64,000 nt of DNA from Thermodesulfobacteriota bacterium (GCA_963422265.1 OY729416.1:416001-480000); one strand, 5' to 3'. Counted from the first letter of the stretch, positions 1 to 11,350 are shown. Numbers and translations are program-made. The notes: generated by a model not told the origin, from the sequence alone.

Positions 1-1
1 C

Positions 2-88
2 GGAATGGAAGAACCTGATCTCTATACTTACGGTGAACGGCATTCCTCAGCCTGCTTCAGGGCAGATGAGGTAAAGCTAGGCATCTAA
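2..88 (+). CDS. 3' end of oligopeptide/dipeptide ABC transporter ATP-binding subunit (partial)
   Basis: Frame 2 reads GMEEPDLYTYGERHSSACFRADEVKLGI*. The EP...HxxAC tail is typical of OppD/DppD C-termini, and it lies directly before an OppF-like gene. Confidence 0.7.
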   Translation, partial: GMEEPDLYTYGERHSSACFRADEVKLGI

Positions 89-91
89 AAA

Positions 92-1060
92 ATGTCCTTA
101 AAAGAGATAGTAAGAATAGGTAATCTTAAAAAGCATTTTCCTATTGTTTCAGGAGTGTTCTCACGAAAGTCTGATTACGTGAAAGCTGTGGACGGGGTTG
201 ACCTTAGCCTGTCAGAGGGTGAAACAGTCGGTCTTGTAGGAGAGAGTGGTTGTGGAAAGACAACCCTGGGCAAGACTATACTTAAACTACTTGAGCCTAC
301 GGAAGGCAAAATTTATTTTGAGGGAAAAGACATAACAAATCTGCCGCCATCCAAAATGATGGCGGCAAGGCGTAAGATGCAGATTGTTTTTCAGGATCCT
401 TACGGGTCCCTTAATCCTAGGATGAAAGTCAAGAGTATAGTGTCAGAGGGGTTAGTTATTCACAACGTGACTTCCCGGAAAGAAAGAGAGGAAATAGTGC
501 GTGAACTTCTCAGGACCGTGGGCTTGAGAGAGTCTGCACTCTCTCGTTATCCTCACGAATTCAGTGGAGGGCAGCGACAGAGAATAGCAATTGCAAGAGC
601 GCTTGCACTCAGACCTAAATTCGTAGTTTGTGATGAGCCAGTATCGGCGCTTGACGTTTCAGTTCAGGCTCAGATTATAAACCTCTTTATAGAACTTCAA
701 AAGAAATTAAAGCTTACGTACCTTTTTATATCGCATGATCTAAGGGTGGTTAGACACATAAGCGATAGGGTAGCGGTTATGTATTTAGGGAAAATAGTAG
801 AACTTGCTGAGAGCAAAGAGCTTTATAACAACCCTCTTCATCCCTATACTCGCGTGCTAATATCTTCTGTTCCAATAGCTGATCCAAGCAAAAAAACGCC
901 CAGGGTGGTATTAAAGGGTGACATGCCGAGCCCACTAAATCCCCCTGGTGGATGTAGTTTTCATCCTAGATGTCCGGTTGCAGTTGATAAATGCAAGATA
1001 CATGAGCCTGCGCTAAGAGATTCTGGAGGGGGTCACTATGTTTCATGCCACCTTATTTAA
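92..1060 (+). CDS. Oligopeptide/dipeptide ABC transporter ATP-binding protein (OppF/DppF family)
   Basis: Walker A GESGCGKT, signature FSGGQRQR, Walker B VVCDEP, C-terminal HPYT...GCSFHPRC...SCH. Confidence 0.95.
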   Translation: MSLKEIVRIGNLKKHFPIVSGVFSRKSDYVKAVDGVDLSLSEGETVGLVGESGCGKTTLGKTILKLLEPTEGKIYFEGKDITNLPPSKMMAARRKMQIVFQDPYGSLNPRMKVKSIVSEGLVIHNVTSRKEREEIVRELLRTVGLRESALSRYPHEFSGGQRQRIAIARALALRPKFVVCDEPVSALDVSVQAQIINLFIELQKKLKLTYLFISHDLRVVRHISDRVAVMYLGKIVELAESKELYNNPLHPYTRVLISSVPIADPSKKTPRVVLKGDMPSPLNPPGGCSFHPRCPVAVDKCKIHEPALRDSGGGHYVSCHLI

Positions 1061-1153
1061 GATATAAGGTAGGCTTCTTTGCTTGCAAATAAATAAACTG
1101 GTATTATATTAGTGCCGGTGTTTGAGGCTGGTTGATTCGCAGTGTTGAGTGCC

Positions 1154-1669
1154 ATGAAAGTTAGAGTTACAGATATAAAGGATGAAGCCCTTCACATTAG
1201 AACCTCAATGGTTCCAGAATGGCTTGAAAATATACCGGAGTTATTGTCCGGCAATGGAGACTTAAGTGTAAACTCGAATATTGACATTGATTTACAGGTC
1301 ACTAAAGTTTTGAGGCAAGTGAGCATATTGGGAAAAGTTTCCTTATCGGTTACCGCTCTTTGCTCAAGATGTTTAGAATCAGTTGAGTTGGTTTTATGCC
1401 CAGAAGTTAGGCTTCTTCTTTTACCGGATGACAAACTGAATGGCAAAGAAAGAGACATTGTCAATGAGACGTATAGCGGTGATGAAGTTGATCTGGGGGA
1501 CTATATACGAGAGCTGGTAGCGATAGCAATTCCTTATAAAGTAGTTTGTGATAAAAACTGCAGGGGTTTGTGTTCTAGTTGCGGGTTGAACTTAAACGAG
1601 ATGGATTGTTTCTGTGCCGAAGGACGTGTAGATTCTAGATTTGCTGTATTAAGGGATTTGAAGGTATAA
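1154..1669 (+). CDS. DUF177/YceD family protein
   Basis: CSRCL and CRGLCSSCGLNLN...DSRFAVL motifs; conserved position upstream of rpmF. ATG 1154 preferred over GTG 1142. Confidence 0.9.
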   Translation: MKVRVTDIKDEALHIRTSMVPEWLENIPELLSGNGDLSVNSNIDIDLQVTKVLRQVSILGKVSLSVTALCSRCLESVELVLCPEVRLLLLPDDKLNGKERDIVNETYSGDEVDLGDYIRELVAIAIPYKVVCDKNCRGLCSSCGLNLNEMDCFCAEGRVDSRFAVLRDLKV

Positions 1670-1706
1670 GACTTAGCATATTAAGATTATAAGGAGATTA
1701 AAAATA

Positions 1707-1907
1707 ATGGCGCTTCCTAAAAGAAAGCAATCCAAGTCAAGGGGCAGAAAAAGGAGAACTCACTACAAGGCATCTATGCCTGGTCTTTCGACGTGTCAGA
1801 ATTGTGGAGAGCATAAATCTCCTCATAGAGCTTGCCCTAGTTGTGGATTTTATAAGGGAAGGACTTTTATAAAGGAAGAAGAGCAACAACAAGAAGAACT
1901 TTCATAG
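1707..1907 (+). CDS. rpmF: 50S ribosomal protein L32 (Zn-ribbon form)
   Basis: MALPKRKQSKSR...CQNCG...HRACPSCGFY; SD AAGGAG upstream. Confidence 0.97.
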   Translation: MALPKRKQSKSRGRKRRTHYKASMPGLSTCQNCGEHKSPHRACPSCGFYKGRTFIKEEEQQQEELS

Positions 1908-1939
1908 ATATAATCTTAAGTTTTCAAGGATTGAGTTAG

Positions 1940-2872
1940 ATGATTGCGTTCGTTTTTCCTGGTCAGGGTTCCCAATACGTAGGAATGGGGAGAGAGTTTT
2001 ACGATGAGTTTTCGTCTGCAAAAATGGTTTTTAATGAAGCCAGTGAAGCTATAGGCTTTAATCTAGCAGAATTGTGTTTTGAGGGTGAGCAAAGCGAGCT
2101 CTCTCTAACTTCAAACGCTCAGCCAGCAATATTAACTGTTAGCGTTGCCTCTCTGAGGATCTTTAGCGAAGAAATAGGCGTTCAACCTGACTATGTAGCG
2201 GGACATAGCTTGGGTGAATATTCCGCTCTTGTTGCAAGCGGATCAATGTCTTTGGGTGATGCTGTAAGAACAGTAAGAAAAAGAGGGGAGTTCATGCAGG
2301 AAGCCGTGCCTGTTGGGGTAGGTGGAATGGCTGCCATAATGGGGCTAAAGAAAGAAGACGTTGAAGAAATTTGTAGAGAGGCGTCCGCGAATTCCCTAAT
2401 TGTAAGTGCGGCGAACCTAAACGCACCGGGGCAAACAGTAATATCGGGCAACGCTGAGGCCGTGGACAGGGCTTCGGACCTAGCAAAATTAAAGGGAGCT
2501 AAAAGGATCGTGCCGTTAGACGTAAGCGCTCCTTTCCACTGTGCGCTTATGGAGCCTGCGGCAAAGAGACTATCCCAAATCTTAGACGATATAGTTTTTG
2601 ATGCGATGCAAGCTCCATTGGTAGCCAATTGTAACGCATCCGTGAATAAAGACTCATTAAAAATAAAAGAATTACTTGTAAGTCAGGTTGTAAGTCCGGT
2701 AATGTGGTATGAATCTGTGGAGACCCTTAGCAATGAAGGAGTTACGCAATTCTATGAGATAGGACCGAAAAACGTGCTTTCAGGTTTGATCAAAAGAACG
2801 CTAAGTGATGCTTCAGTTGCAAATTTTGCAAATATTTCTCATTTGGGGTCTCTAAAAAATGGCAGAAGCTAA
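1940..2872 (+). CDS. fabD: Malonyl-CoA:ACP transacylase
   Basis: FPGQGSQ, GHSLGEY, VSAPFHC motifs. Confidence 0.97.
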   Translation: MIAFVFPGQGSQYVGMGREFYDEFSSAKMVFNEASEAIGFNLAELCFEGEQSELSLTSNAQPAILTVSVASLRIFSEEIGVQPDYVAGHSLGEYSALVASGSMSLGDAVRTVRKRGEFMQEAVPVGVGGMAAIMGLKKEDVEEICREASANSLIVSAANLNAPGQTVISGNAEAVDRASDLAKLKGAKRIVPLDVSAPFHCALMEPAAKRLSQILDDIVFDAMQAPLVANCNASVNKDSLKIKELLVSQVVSPVMWYESVETLSNEGVTQFYEIGPKNVLSGLIKRTLSDASVANFANISHLGSLKNGRS

Positions 2873-3605
2873 TGATAAAATTGCGCTAGTTACAGGTGGT
2901 TCCAGGGGAATTGGTAGGGCTATTGCGCTAAGATTAGCAAGAGATGGGGCTTTTGTAATTGTAAACTATACGAATAATAAAACTGCTGCAATGGAAGTGT
3001 TGCATAGTATTGAAAAAGCCGGGGGCAGTGGCAGAATATGTAAATTTGACGTCTCGGATTTCCAAGCCGTCCAAGAAGAAGTAGGTAAGTTAGTAGAGGA
3101 GTTGGGTTCAATACATGTTCTCGTTAATAATGCTGGTGTTACGCAAGATACACTGCTTATGAGAATGAAGAGAGAAGATTTTGAAAGGGTTATATCCGTG
3201 AACTTGTACGGGGTGTTTAACTGTACTAAGGCCATAACACGAGTTATGATGAAACACAGATGGGGAAGGATAATAAATTTGACTTCAGTAGTTGGAGAGA
3301 TGGGCAATGCTGGTCAAACCAATTACGCAGCCTCGAAGGCTGGGATCATAGGCTTTACGAAGGCGTCAGCTAGAGAAATGGCTCCCAGATCGGTCACCGT
3401 AAATGCCATAAGCCCAGGCTTCATAGAGACTGACATTACGAAGCAACTGCCGGATGAGATAAGAAAAGATTACGTGCAGAGGATACCGCTCGGCAAGTTT
3501 GGTTCACCTGACGACATAGCAGGGGTAGCTGCTTTCCTTGCATCCGATCAGGCTTCTTACATCACAGGTGAGGTGATTAGAGTTAATGGTGGCATATATA
3601 CTTAA
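2859..3605 (+). CDS. fabG: 3-oxoacyl-ACP reductase
   Basis: TGGSRGIG, NNAG, GQTNYAASK; fab operon context. Confidence 0.96.
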   Translation: MAEANDKIALVTGGSRGIGRAIALRLARDGAFVIVNYTNNKTAAMEVLHSIEKAGGSGRICKFDVSDFQAVQEEVGKLVEELGSIHVLVNNAGVTQDTLLMRMKREDFERVISVNLYGVFNCTKAITRVMMKHRWGRIINLTSVVGEMGNAGQTNYAASKAGIIGFTKASAREMAPRSVTVNAISPGFIETDITKQLPDEIRKDYVQRIPLGKFGSPDDIAGVAAFLASDQASYITGEVIRVNGGIYT

Positions 3606-3626
3606 ATTAAAAGGAGGTATTTAGAT

Positions 3627-3872
3627 ATGGCTGATGAAAAAGAGATTCTCGCCAAAGTAAAGGAGATGGTGTCTGATCAGTTAGGGAAGTCGGAAAGCGA
3701 GATTACGCCTGAGTCATCTTTTATTGAAGATCTTGGAGCTGACTCACTTGATCTAGTTGAACTGATAATGTCTATGGAGGATGAGTTCGGTCTTGAAATT
3801 TCAGATGAAGACGCGGAATCGATCGTTACCGTTCAGGACTCCATAAGCTTTATCGTGGAGCGTAAAAAATAA
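3627..3872 (+). CDS. acpP: Acyl carrier protein
   Basis: [12 protein letters not shown] phosphopantetheine site; SD AGGAGG. Confidence 0.97.
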   Translation: MADEKEILAKVKEMVSDQLGKSESEITPESSFIEDLGADSLDLVELIMSMEDEFGLEISDEDAESIVTVQDSISFIVERKK

Positions 3873-5104
3873 TGAGAAGAAGGGTTGCAGTGACCGGGAT
3901 TGGTCTTATAACCCCTTTAGGACTTGGGAATAAGGAAACTTGGGATGGTATTTGTTCCGGACGCTCTGGAATAAAAAGGATAGATAGGTTTGATCCATCG
4001 GCTCACAAGACGCAGATTGCAGGTGAAGTATTAGGGTTTGATCCAGAGCTCTATATGGATCCCAAAGAGGCAAGAAAAACGGATAAGTTTATTCAATATG
4101 CCGTGGCATCGGCAAAGCTTGCTCTGGAAGATTCGGGTCTGGCGATAACTGACGAGCTCTCTCAGCGCACTGGGTCGTTGATAGGATCCGGTATTGGTGG
4201 AATGGAGAGTTACGTGGACACGGTTTTAACAATGGAAAGAAGGGGTCCGTCGAGACTGTCTCCTTTCTTCATTCCTAATATTATTACCAACATGGCGGCA
4301 GGTTACGTATCCATACTCTTTAACGCTAAAGGACCTAATTGCTGCACTACGACCGCATGTTCGGCAAGCGCTCATTCCATAGGTTACGCCGCCAAGACAA
4401 TAAGGGATGGAGAGGCTGAAGTTATGTTCGCCGGTGGCACGGAAGCTCCTATCATACCACTAACCATAGCAGGGTTTAACGCTATGAGGGCTCTTTCAGT
4501 GAGAAATGACGATCCTGAACGATCCTCGCGTCCTTTTGACAAAGATAGGGACGGATTTATTATTGCAGAAGGATCGGGAATGCTCATCCTAGAAGAACTC
4601 GAATTTGCAAAAAGAAGAGGAGCGAAGATATATGCTGAGCTAATTGGAATAGGAATGAGCAGTGATGCAAATCACATTACGGCGCCATCTCTCGAAGGTC
4701 CTGCAAAAAGTATGCGGGAGGCGCTTAGAGACGGGGGGATAGATTCTAGTCAAATTGATTACATCAATGCTCATGGCACGTCAACGCAGTTGAACGACGT
4801 GAACGAAACAAGGGCTATTAAGGAAATTTTTAAGGATAAGGCGTATGAAATTCCAGTAAGCTCAACAAAGTCAATGACAGGGCATCTGTTGGGAGCCGCA
4901 GGGGCAATTGAATCGGCGTTCAGCGTTAAAGCTATTTCGGAGGGCATACTACCACCAACTATCAATCTTGACAATCCTGAGACTGAGTGTGATCTAGATT
5001 ACGTTCCACATGAAGCGAGGGATGCTTCACTAAAGACGGTACTTAGTAATTCTTTTGGATTCGGCGGGACGAACGCCTCGTTAGTATTTAGAAAATTTGA
5101 TTAA
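3872..5104 (+). CDS. fabF: 3-oxoacyl-ACP synthase II
   Basis: TAC active Cys, AHGTST, KSMTGH, NSFGFGG. Confidence 0.97.
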   Translation: MRRRVAVTGIGLITPLGLGNKETWDGICSGRSGIKRIDRFDPSAHKTQIAGEVLGFDPELYMDPKEARKTDKFIQYAVASAKLALEDSGLAITDELSQRTGSLIGSGIGGMESYVDTVLTMERRGPSRLSPFFIPNIITNMAAGYVSILFNAKGPNCCTTTACSASAHSIGYAAKTIRDGEAEVMFAGGTEAPIIPLTIAGFNAMRALSVRNDDPERSSRPFDKDRDGFIIAEGSGMLILEELEFAKRRGAKIYAELIGIGMSSDANHITAPSLEGPAKSMREALRDGGIDSSQIDYINAHGTSTQLNDVNETRAIKEIFKDKAYEIPVSSTKSMTGHLLGAAGAIESAFSVKAISEGILPPTINLDNPETECDLDYVPHEARDASLKTVLSNSFGFGGTNASLVFRKFD

Positions 5105-5329
5105 TGGTTGAAAATAAGAATAATCTTATTTAGGTTGTAGTATTATAGGTATTGTTTTGTTAGAGTTTTGAAGATTAGTTGTGCTTGGTTGGGAGTTATC
5201 CACATAAAACCCAATATTTAACTAAGCTAAATAGTCCCTAAAGTTTGTGATCCATCCTTGTTAGAAAATAAAAAGAAGGGAAGGTGTTCTACATATTAAG
5301 CTAAGGCTAGTTCTTGGAGGAGAGCACAT

Positions 5330-8020
5330 ATGAGTGAAATTGGAAATGAGCTAAATACGCTTTGTTCGCTTAAAACAAGCTCCGGCGAGGTTGGATACTA
5401 CTCATTAAAAAGCATTGGGGAGAAGCTGGAGGTTGACGTTGCTCGTCTTCCAGTTTCTATCAGAATACTACTTGAGAATGTTTTAAGGAACTATGATGGA
5501 AAAGTGGTTAACGATGACCATGTAAAGGCACTCTTAAACTGGGGTCATGATGATAAGGAACCCAAGGAAATACCTTACAAGCCATCCCGCGTGATACTTC
5601 AGGACTTTACCGGAGTTCCATGCGTTGTTGACTTAGCTGCTATGAGGTCAGTTGTCAATAGGTTAGGTGGTGACCCAGATAAAATAAATCCTAAAGTGCC
5701 AGTTGATCTAGTTATAGATCATTCGGTGCAGGTTGACTATTTCGCTACCGATCAAGCCTTCACAAAGAACGTTGAGCGTGAGTATAAGCGTAACGGGGAG
5801 AGGTATGCATTTCTCAGATGGGCGCAAAAATCCTTCGACAATTTTAGAGTTGTTCCACCTGGGGTCGGTATCGTTCATCAGGTAAACCTTGAGTGCTTAG
5901 CGAGCGTAGTGAGCTTGCTGGAACAAAATGGTGCAAGGATAGCATGTCCTGATACGCTGGTTGGAACGGATTCTCATACGACTATGATCAACGGGCTTAG
6001 CGTGCTTGGCTGGGGAGTAGGGGGTATTGAGGCTGAAGCCTGTATGCTAGGACAGCCTCTCTATATGCTTGTGCCTGACGTAGTCGGGTTTAAGCTGCAC
6101 GGAGAGCTTTCAGAAGGTGTGACGGCTACAGATTTAGTCCTTACTATAACTGAAATGCTAAGAAAGAAGGGTGTTGTAGGGAAATTTGTAGAATTCTATG
6201 GGTCCGGGCTAAGCGGACTCTCTCTGTCAGATAAAGCAACGATCGCTAACATGGCGCCGGAGTATGGAGCTACTATGGGATTCTTTCCTGTCGATGCCGA
6301 AACGCTCAATTACCTCGCAACAACGGGGCGAGATCCCTATACCGTAGAATTGGTGGAAGCCTACGTGAAGGAGCAAGGGTTATTTAGAACAGACGATATA
6401 ACTGACCCGGAATATACAGACGTGCTTGAACTAGATTTATCCTCCGTAGATTCCTCAATGGCGGGACCGAGTAGGCCTCAGGATAGAGTCTTGGTAAAAA
6501 ATTTAAGCAAGTCTTACAAAGCTACTCTTAAAGATAAGACGGGTGAGGTCAACAAAGCACAATATGAAACTGACATTGATGGACAAAAAGGCAAGCTTGG
6601 AAACGGCTCGGTTGCTATAGCTGCTATAACGAGCTGTACGAACACCTCAAATCCTTCTGTCATGGTTGCAGCGGGTTTGGTAGCCAAAAAGGCAGTAGAG
6701 AGAGGGCTTAATGCAAAGCCTACGGTAAAAACCAGTCTTGCACCCGGGTCAAGGGTAGTTACCGACTACTTAGACGCAGCCGGGCTTACCGAATATCTCG
6801 ACCAACTGGGTTTTCATCTGGTCGGCTATGGATGCACAACGTGTATAGGCAACAGCGGACCGCTTATGCCAGAAATTGAAGAAGTTATAAAGGAGAATAA
6901 CCTCACGGTCGCCGCGGTGCTCAGCGGAAACAGAAACTTTGAAGGTCGCGTTCATCCTTTTGTGAAATTTGCGTATCTTGCCTCTCCCCCGCTCGTGGTG
7001 GCATTCGCTCTTGCGGGTACCGTTGATATCGACGTTTATAATGAGCCTATTGGTGTTGGTTCAAATGGTAAGGATGTTTACTTAAGGGATATTTGGCCTA
7101 CCCAAGAAGAAATAAAAGAAACAGTTAAAAGAGCACTAAAACCTGAGTTGTTCAGAACTCAGTATTCTCAAGTGTTTGAAGGTGATGAAAGGTGGAAGTC
7201 ATTAGACTCTTCCGAAATGGATCTTTATGAATGGCAAGATTCTTCCACTTATATACGTGAGCCTAGTTTTTTTGATAGTTTCTCGTTAGATATGCCAAAA
7301 ACAGACGATATCTTTGGTGCTCACGTGCTAGCATTGTTAGGGCATTCAATTACGACTGATCATATTTCACCTGCGGGAGCGATACCAAAGGGCGGGACTG
7401 CTGGTAAATACCTCATTTCACACGGCGTTGAGCCTACTCAGTTCAACAGCTTCGGATCCAGAAGAGGAAACCACGAGGTAATGGTTCGCGGTTCGTTTGC
7501 TAATATAAGAATCAAGAACCTTATGCTTGAAGGCTCGGAGGGTGGAGTTACCAAGCACGTACCTACGGGTGAAGAGCTTGCCATATATGACGCCTCGGTC
7601 AGATATCAAAGGGATGGCATCCCGCTTATAGTAATCGGTGGTAAGGAATATGGCACAGGAAGTTCACGTGACTGGGCGGCGAAAGGCACGGCACTTTTAG
7701 GCGTAAAGGCTGTCATAGCAGAGAGCTTTGAGAGAATTCACAGGAGCAACTTAGTAGGTATGGGCATTCTGCCATTTCAATTCAAGCGTGGCCAGAGCAG
7801 CGAATCTCTCGGGCTGACGGGGTATGAAAAATTTGATATTGTGGGAATCAAAGAGGGACTTTCGCCTAGAAAAGACATTAGTGTTAAAGTAACCCGTCCC
7901 GGTGGAGACGCTTTCAAATTCACCGTATTATGTCGACTAGATAGTTCAGTAGAAGTTGATTACTATCAAAATGGTGGGATTTTACAGACTGTTTTAAGAC
8001 AAATGATGCAGGTGAGGTGA
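5330..8020 (+). CDS. acnA: Aconitate hydratase A
   Basis: QDFTGVP, DSHT, AITSCTNTSNP, GYGCTTCIGNSG, GSSRDWAAKG. Confidence 0.97.
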   Translation: MSEIGNELNTLCSLKTSSGEVGYYSLKSIGEKLEVDVARLPVSIRILLENVLRNYDGKVVNDDHVKALLNWGHDDKEPKEIPYKPSRVILQDFTGVPCVVDLAAMRSVVNRLGGDPDKINPKVPVDLVIDHSVQVDYFATDQAFTKNVEREYKRNGERYAFLRWAQKSFDNFRVVPPGVGIVHQVNLECLASVVSLLEQNGARIACPDTLVGTDSHTTMINGLSVLGWGVGGIEAEACMLGQPLYMLVPDVVGFKLHGELSEGVTATDLVLTITEMLRKKGVVGKFVEFYGSGLSGLSLSDKATIANMAPEYGATMGFFPVDAETLNYLATTGRDPYTVELVEAYVKEQGLFRTDDITDPEYTDVLELDLSSVDSSMAGPSRPQDRVLVKNLSKSYKATLKDKTGEVNKAQYETDIDGQKGKLGNGSVAIAAITSCTNTSNPSVMVAAGLVAKKAVERGLNAKPTVKTSLAPGSRVVTDYLDAAGLTEYLDQLGFHLVGYGCTTCIGNSGPLMPEIEEVIKENNLTVAAVLSGNRNFEGRVHPFVKFAYLASPPLVVAFALAGTVDIDVYNEPIGVGSNGKDVYLRDIWPTQEEIKETVKRALKPELFRTQYSQVFEGDERWKSLDSSEMDLYEWQDSSTYIREPSFFDSFSLDMPKTDDIFGAHVLALLGHSITTDHISPAGAIPKGGTAGKYLISHGVEPTQFNSFGSRRGNHEVMVRGSFANIRIKNLMLEGSEGGVTKHVPTGEELAIYDASVRYQRDGIPLIVIGGKEYGTGSSRDWAAKGTALLGVKAVIAESFERIHRSNLVGMGILPFQFKRGQSSESLGLTGYEKFDIVGIKEGLSPRKDISVKVTRPGGDAFKFTVLCRLDSSVEVDYYQNGGILQTVLRQMMQVR

Positions 8021-8192
8021 TCCAACACTGTTTTGTGTAAATACGCGCGTGAAAAACTGGGAAAGGTGTTAACTTGCTATTTGATTTTTTTTGTTTATAT
8101 TTTGAGACCTAAAACCTTAGGCTAGGGATCAGTGGTGTGAATTAGATTTACAAATAACAATTTAGGTTTATAAATAATAATTAGGAGTTTAG

Positions 8193-9446
8193 ATGATGTC
8201 ACCCGACGCAAAACCCAGGGATGGGGAGAAAATAATTGTAGATAAGCAAAAAAGCCGGCTAGTTGTTCCGGATAATCCAGTGATTCCATTTATAGAAGGC
8301 GATGGGACTGGTCCTGATATCTGGCACGCTTCACAAATCGTATTCGATGCGGCTGTGCAAAAAGCTTACGGTGTTAAGAGAAAGATTGTATGGCATGAGG
8401 TGCTGACCGGAGAGAAGGCTTACGAACAAACAGGTGAATGGCTGCCTGATGAAACTATAAAAAGCATAAAGGATTATACAGTGGCAATAAAGGGACCCCT
8501 AACGACTCCTGTAGGGGGGGGGATTAGGAGTTTAAACGTAGCGCTAAGGCAGATTCTCGACCTTTATGCTTGCGTGAGGCCAGTCAGGTATATAAAGGGC
8601 ACGCCGTCTCCCGTTAAGGATCCTGAGGCTATGAACATGGTAATATTCAGGGAAAATACGGAGGACGTTTACTCAGGAATCGAATGGGAGAGTGGGACAA
8701 AGGAAGCTTACGAAATTAGAAATTATCTTGTTGAAAAATACGGCGTTAGCCTCAGGGAGCATTCGGGTATAGGTATTAAGCCAATAAGTCCTTTGGGTAC
8801 CAAAAGGCTTGTCAGAAAAGCGATTGAACACGCGTTGAGTAAGGGGCTTGAAAGCGTTACGCTGATCCATAAAGGGAATATAATGAAATATACGGAGGGG
8901 GCTTTTAGAGATTGGGGTTATGATATTGCAAGGGAGGAATTCAGAGATCTTTCTATAACGGAAGAGGAGCTTTGGGATACTTACAATGGTGAAAGGCCGA
9001 ACGGGAAAGTAGTAATAAAAGATAGAATAGCTGATAATATGCTACAGCAGATATTAACTAGAACTAGAGACTACCAGGTGCTTGCCACTCCTAATCTGAA
9101 CGGCGATTATCTATCTGATGCCTGTGCTGCACAAGTAGGAGGGCTTGGTATGGCGCCAGGAGGCAATATCGGAGATTATATGGCGCTCTTTGAGGCGACG
9201 CACGGCACGGCACCCAAATACGCAGGTCAGGATAAAGTAAATCCGAGTTCATTGGTACTCTCCGGCGTAATGATGTTTGATTATCTAGGTTGGAGTGAAG
9301 CAGGAGAGCTAATTATAAGGGCTATGGAAAAAACCATTATGGATAAGACGGTAACATACGATCTCGAAAGGCAGCTTGAGGGCGCGACTCTCCTTAAATG
9401 TTCAGAATTCGGAGAAGCTATCGCAGCTAATATGGATAAAGTGTAA
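8193..9446 (+). CDS. icd: Isocitrate dehydrogenase (homodimeric, likely NADP-dependent)
   Basis: [43 protein letters not shown]. Confidence 0.96.
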   Translation: MMSPDAKPRDGEKIIVDKQKSRLVVPDNPVIPFIEGDGTGPDIWHASQIVFDAAVQKAYGVKRKIVWHEVLTGEKAYEQTGEWLPDETIKSIKDYTVAIKGPLTTPVGGGIRSLNVALRQILDLYACVRPVRYIKGTPSPVKDPEAMNMVIFRENTEDVYSGIEWESGTKEAYEIRNYLVEKYGVSLREHSGIGIKPISPLGTKRLVRKAIEHALSKGLESVTLIHKGNIMKYTEGAFRDWGYDIAREEFRDLSITEEELWDTYNGERPNGKVVIKDRIADNMLQQILTRTRDYQVLATPNLNGDYLSDACAAQVGGLGMAPGGNIGDYMALFEATHGTAPKYAGQDKVNPSSLVLSGVMMFDYLGWSEAGELIIRAMEKTIMDKTVTYDLERQLEGATLLKCSEFGEAIAANMDKV

Positions 9447-9478
9447 AATCAAATAGTGGTAATAAGTTTTAATCCCCT

Positions 9479-9516
9479 GTAGAAAAAACACAGAGAAGTA
9501 GAAAAAACACAGAGAA
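9479..9516 (+). repeat. Perfect 19-bp tandem duplication (GTAGAAAAAACACAGAGAA x2) upstream of mdh
   Basis: Read directly: 9479-9497 is identical to 9498-9516. Confidence 0.9.
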
Positions 9517-9540
9517 AAAATATCAAGGAGTTAATTATAA

Positions 9541-10482
9541 ATGGGCAGACCAAAAATTTCAGTTATTGGAGCCGGCAATGTAGGAGCTTCGACGGCTCTA
9601 ATGCTATCACAAATGGAGCTTGGAGACGTTGTTTTGGTGGATATAGTTGAGGGTATGCCGCAAGGCAAAGCATTGGATATGATGGAGATGAACCCGGTTT
9701 ACGGTTATGATGTCAACATAACGGGAACGAACGGATATGATGATACCGAGGGATCGGACATTGTAGTAATTACCTCTGGCATACCACGCAAACCCGGCAT
9801 GAGTAGAGACGATTTGATTTCTACAAATACAAATATAGTTAAACAGGTTACGGAAAACGTGGCGGCAAAATCACCTAACTCAATATTGATACTTGTTACA
9901 AACCCACTTGATGCAATGGTTTACGTAGCCCATAAGGTAAGCAGCTTTCCAAGAGAACGCGTAGTGGGTATGGCGGGAGTACTTGATTCCGCAAGATTTA
10001 GAGCTTTTATCAGCATGGAGCTAGGTGTCTCGGTCGAAAATATTAATGCTTTTGTCTTAGGAGGGCACGGAGACGACATGGTACCCCTTGAAAGGTTCAC
10101 AACTGTGGCGGGCGTGCCGGTAACCGAACTCATCCCTCCCGAAAGGTTAGAATCAATCGTAGAAAGAACGCGAGGAGGGGGAGGAGAAATAGTTAAGTTA
10201 CTCAAGACGGGAAGCGCTTTCTACGCACCTGCAATATCAGCAGTTGAAATGGTCGAGGCTATTCTAAAAGATAAGAAGAAAATCTTGCCGTGCTGCGTGC
10301 TTGCAGAAGGGGAGTACGGTATCGAGGGCACTTTTGTAGGGCTGCCGGTTAAATTAGGGAGAGCCGGAATAGAAGGAATTTTTGAAATTGGACTTAGTGA
10401 TGAAGAGAAAGAATCCCTTCATCTATCAGCGAACCATGTAAAAGAGTTGTGCGAGCACATTGAAGGCTTGGGGGTGCTGTGA
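9541..10482 (+). CDS. mdh: Malate dehydrogenase (LDH-like family)
   Basis: [37 protein letters not shown]. Confidence 0.96.
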   Translation: MGRPKISVIGAGNVGASTALMLSQMELGDVVLVDIVEGMPQGKALDMMEMNPVYGYDVNITGTNGYDDTEGSDIVVITSGIPRKPGMSRDDLISTNTNIVKQVTENVAAKSPNSILILVTNPLDAMVYVAHKVSSFPRERVVGMAGVLDSARFRAFISMELGVSVENINAFVLGGHGDDMVPLERFTTVAGVPVTELIPPERLESIVERTRGGGGEIVKLLKTGSAFYAPAISAVEMVEAILKDKKKILPCCVLAEGEYGIEGTFVGLPVKLGRAGIEGIFEIGLSDEEKESLHLSANHVKELCEHIEGLGVL

Positions 10483-10618
10483 CATAATGTAGATTCCGGG
10501 GTCTTGCTCCATAATTTTAATGGTATTGTTCTAACGATACTAGGTGCTATTTTTTTAGAAAACTTGTTTTATTCAAGCGTAATATAAAATGCATTGGTTC
10601 ATTGTTGGAGGGAGTATA

Positions 10619-11350
10619 ATGTCAAATGGGAGTATACAAAATGCTATTACAATGAGACGCGATGCTTGGTGGGTTGCGCCGCTTGTAACGGCAATTGTGC
10701 TAGGGGCATTCGGTGTTTATTCAACTTGGCGTGCTTTGGCAAACGTTGACTTTCTTGCATATCCTTATCTCTCTCCATTTTACTCACCTTACATGCTGCC
10801 TTCTTGGTGGCCCTTTTCTCCAGCCATACTTATACTTTGGGCACCATTAGGGTTTAGAGCTACGTGTTATTATTATAGAAAGGCTTACTATCGGGCGTTC
10901 TTTATGTCTCCACCAGCTTGTGTAGTTCGACCATTATCTAAAGAGGGTTCTTACGTCGGGGAGAGTAAATTTCCTTTCATATTGCAAAATATACACCGTT
11001 ACTTCTTCTATGCTGCCGGAGTCGTGCTCATCTTCTTATGGATTGATGCCCTGAAGGCATTTAAGTTTGAAGACGGTTTTGGTATTGGAGTGGGAACAAT
11101 AGTTCTGATAGTCAATGCTTCTCTTTTAACCATGTACTCGCTTTCATGTCATTCGTTTCGCCACCTTATAGGTGGAAACTTGGATGTTTTCTCAAAATGC
11201 CCTACGCGCTTTAAACTTTGGGGTAAGGCAAGCACACTAAACGAGCGCCACATGTTGTGGGCGTGGTTAAGTCTTTTTAGCGTGGCGCTTGCGGATCTAT
11301 ACGTTTTTTTGTTAGCGAAGGGCGCAATTGCCGACATGAGGGTTATATAA
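10619..11350 (+). CDS. Succinate dehydrogenase membrane anchor, mycobacterial Sdh1C (Rv0249c)-like
   Basis: Multi-TM protein with YLSPFYSP, GFRATCYYYRKAYYR, QNIHRYFFY, SCHSFRH and ERH motifs; directly upstream of the flavoprotein. ATG 10619 follows GGAGG. Confidence 0.85.
   Translation: MSNGSIQNAITMRRDAWWVAPLVTAIVLGAFGVYSTWRALANVDFLAYPYLSPFYSPYMLPSWWPFSPAILILWAPLGFRATCYYYRKAYYRAFFMSPPACVVRPLSKEGSYVGESKFPFILQNIHRYFFYAAGVVLIFLWIDALKAFKFEDGFGIGVGTIVLIVNASLLTMYSLSCHSFRHLIGGNLDVFSKCPTRFKLWGKASTLNERHMLWAWLSLFSVALADLYVFLLAKGAIADMRVI

Noticed and set aside
5112-5131. Palindrome AAATAAGA-ATAA-TCTTATTT as a Fur box upstream of aconitase
   Set aside because: Only about 12/19 match to the Fur consensus in very AT-rich DNA; it could equally be a weak terminator after fabF
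5196-5204. Perfect DnaA box TTATCCACA upstream of acnA
   Set aside because: Single copy with no cluster and no dnaA/oriC context; roughly one such 9-mer is expected by chance in 64 kb
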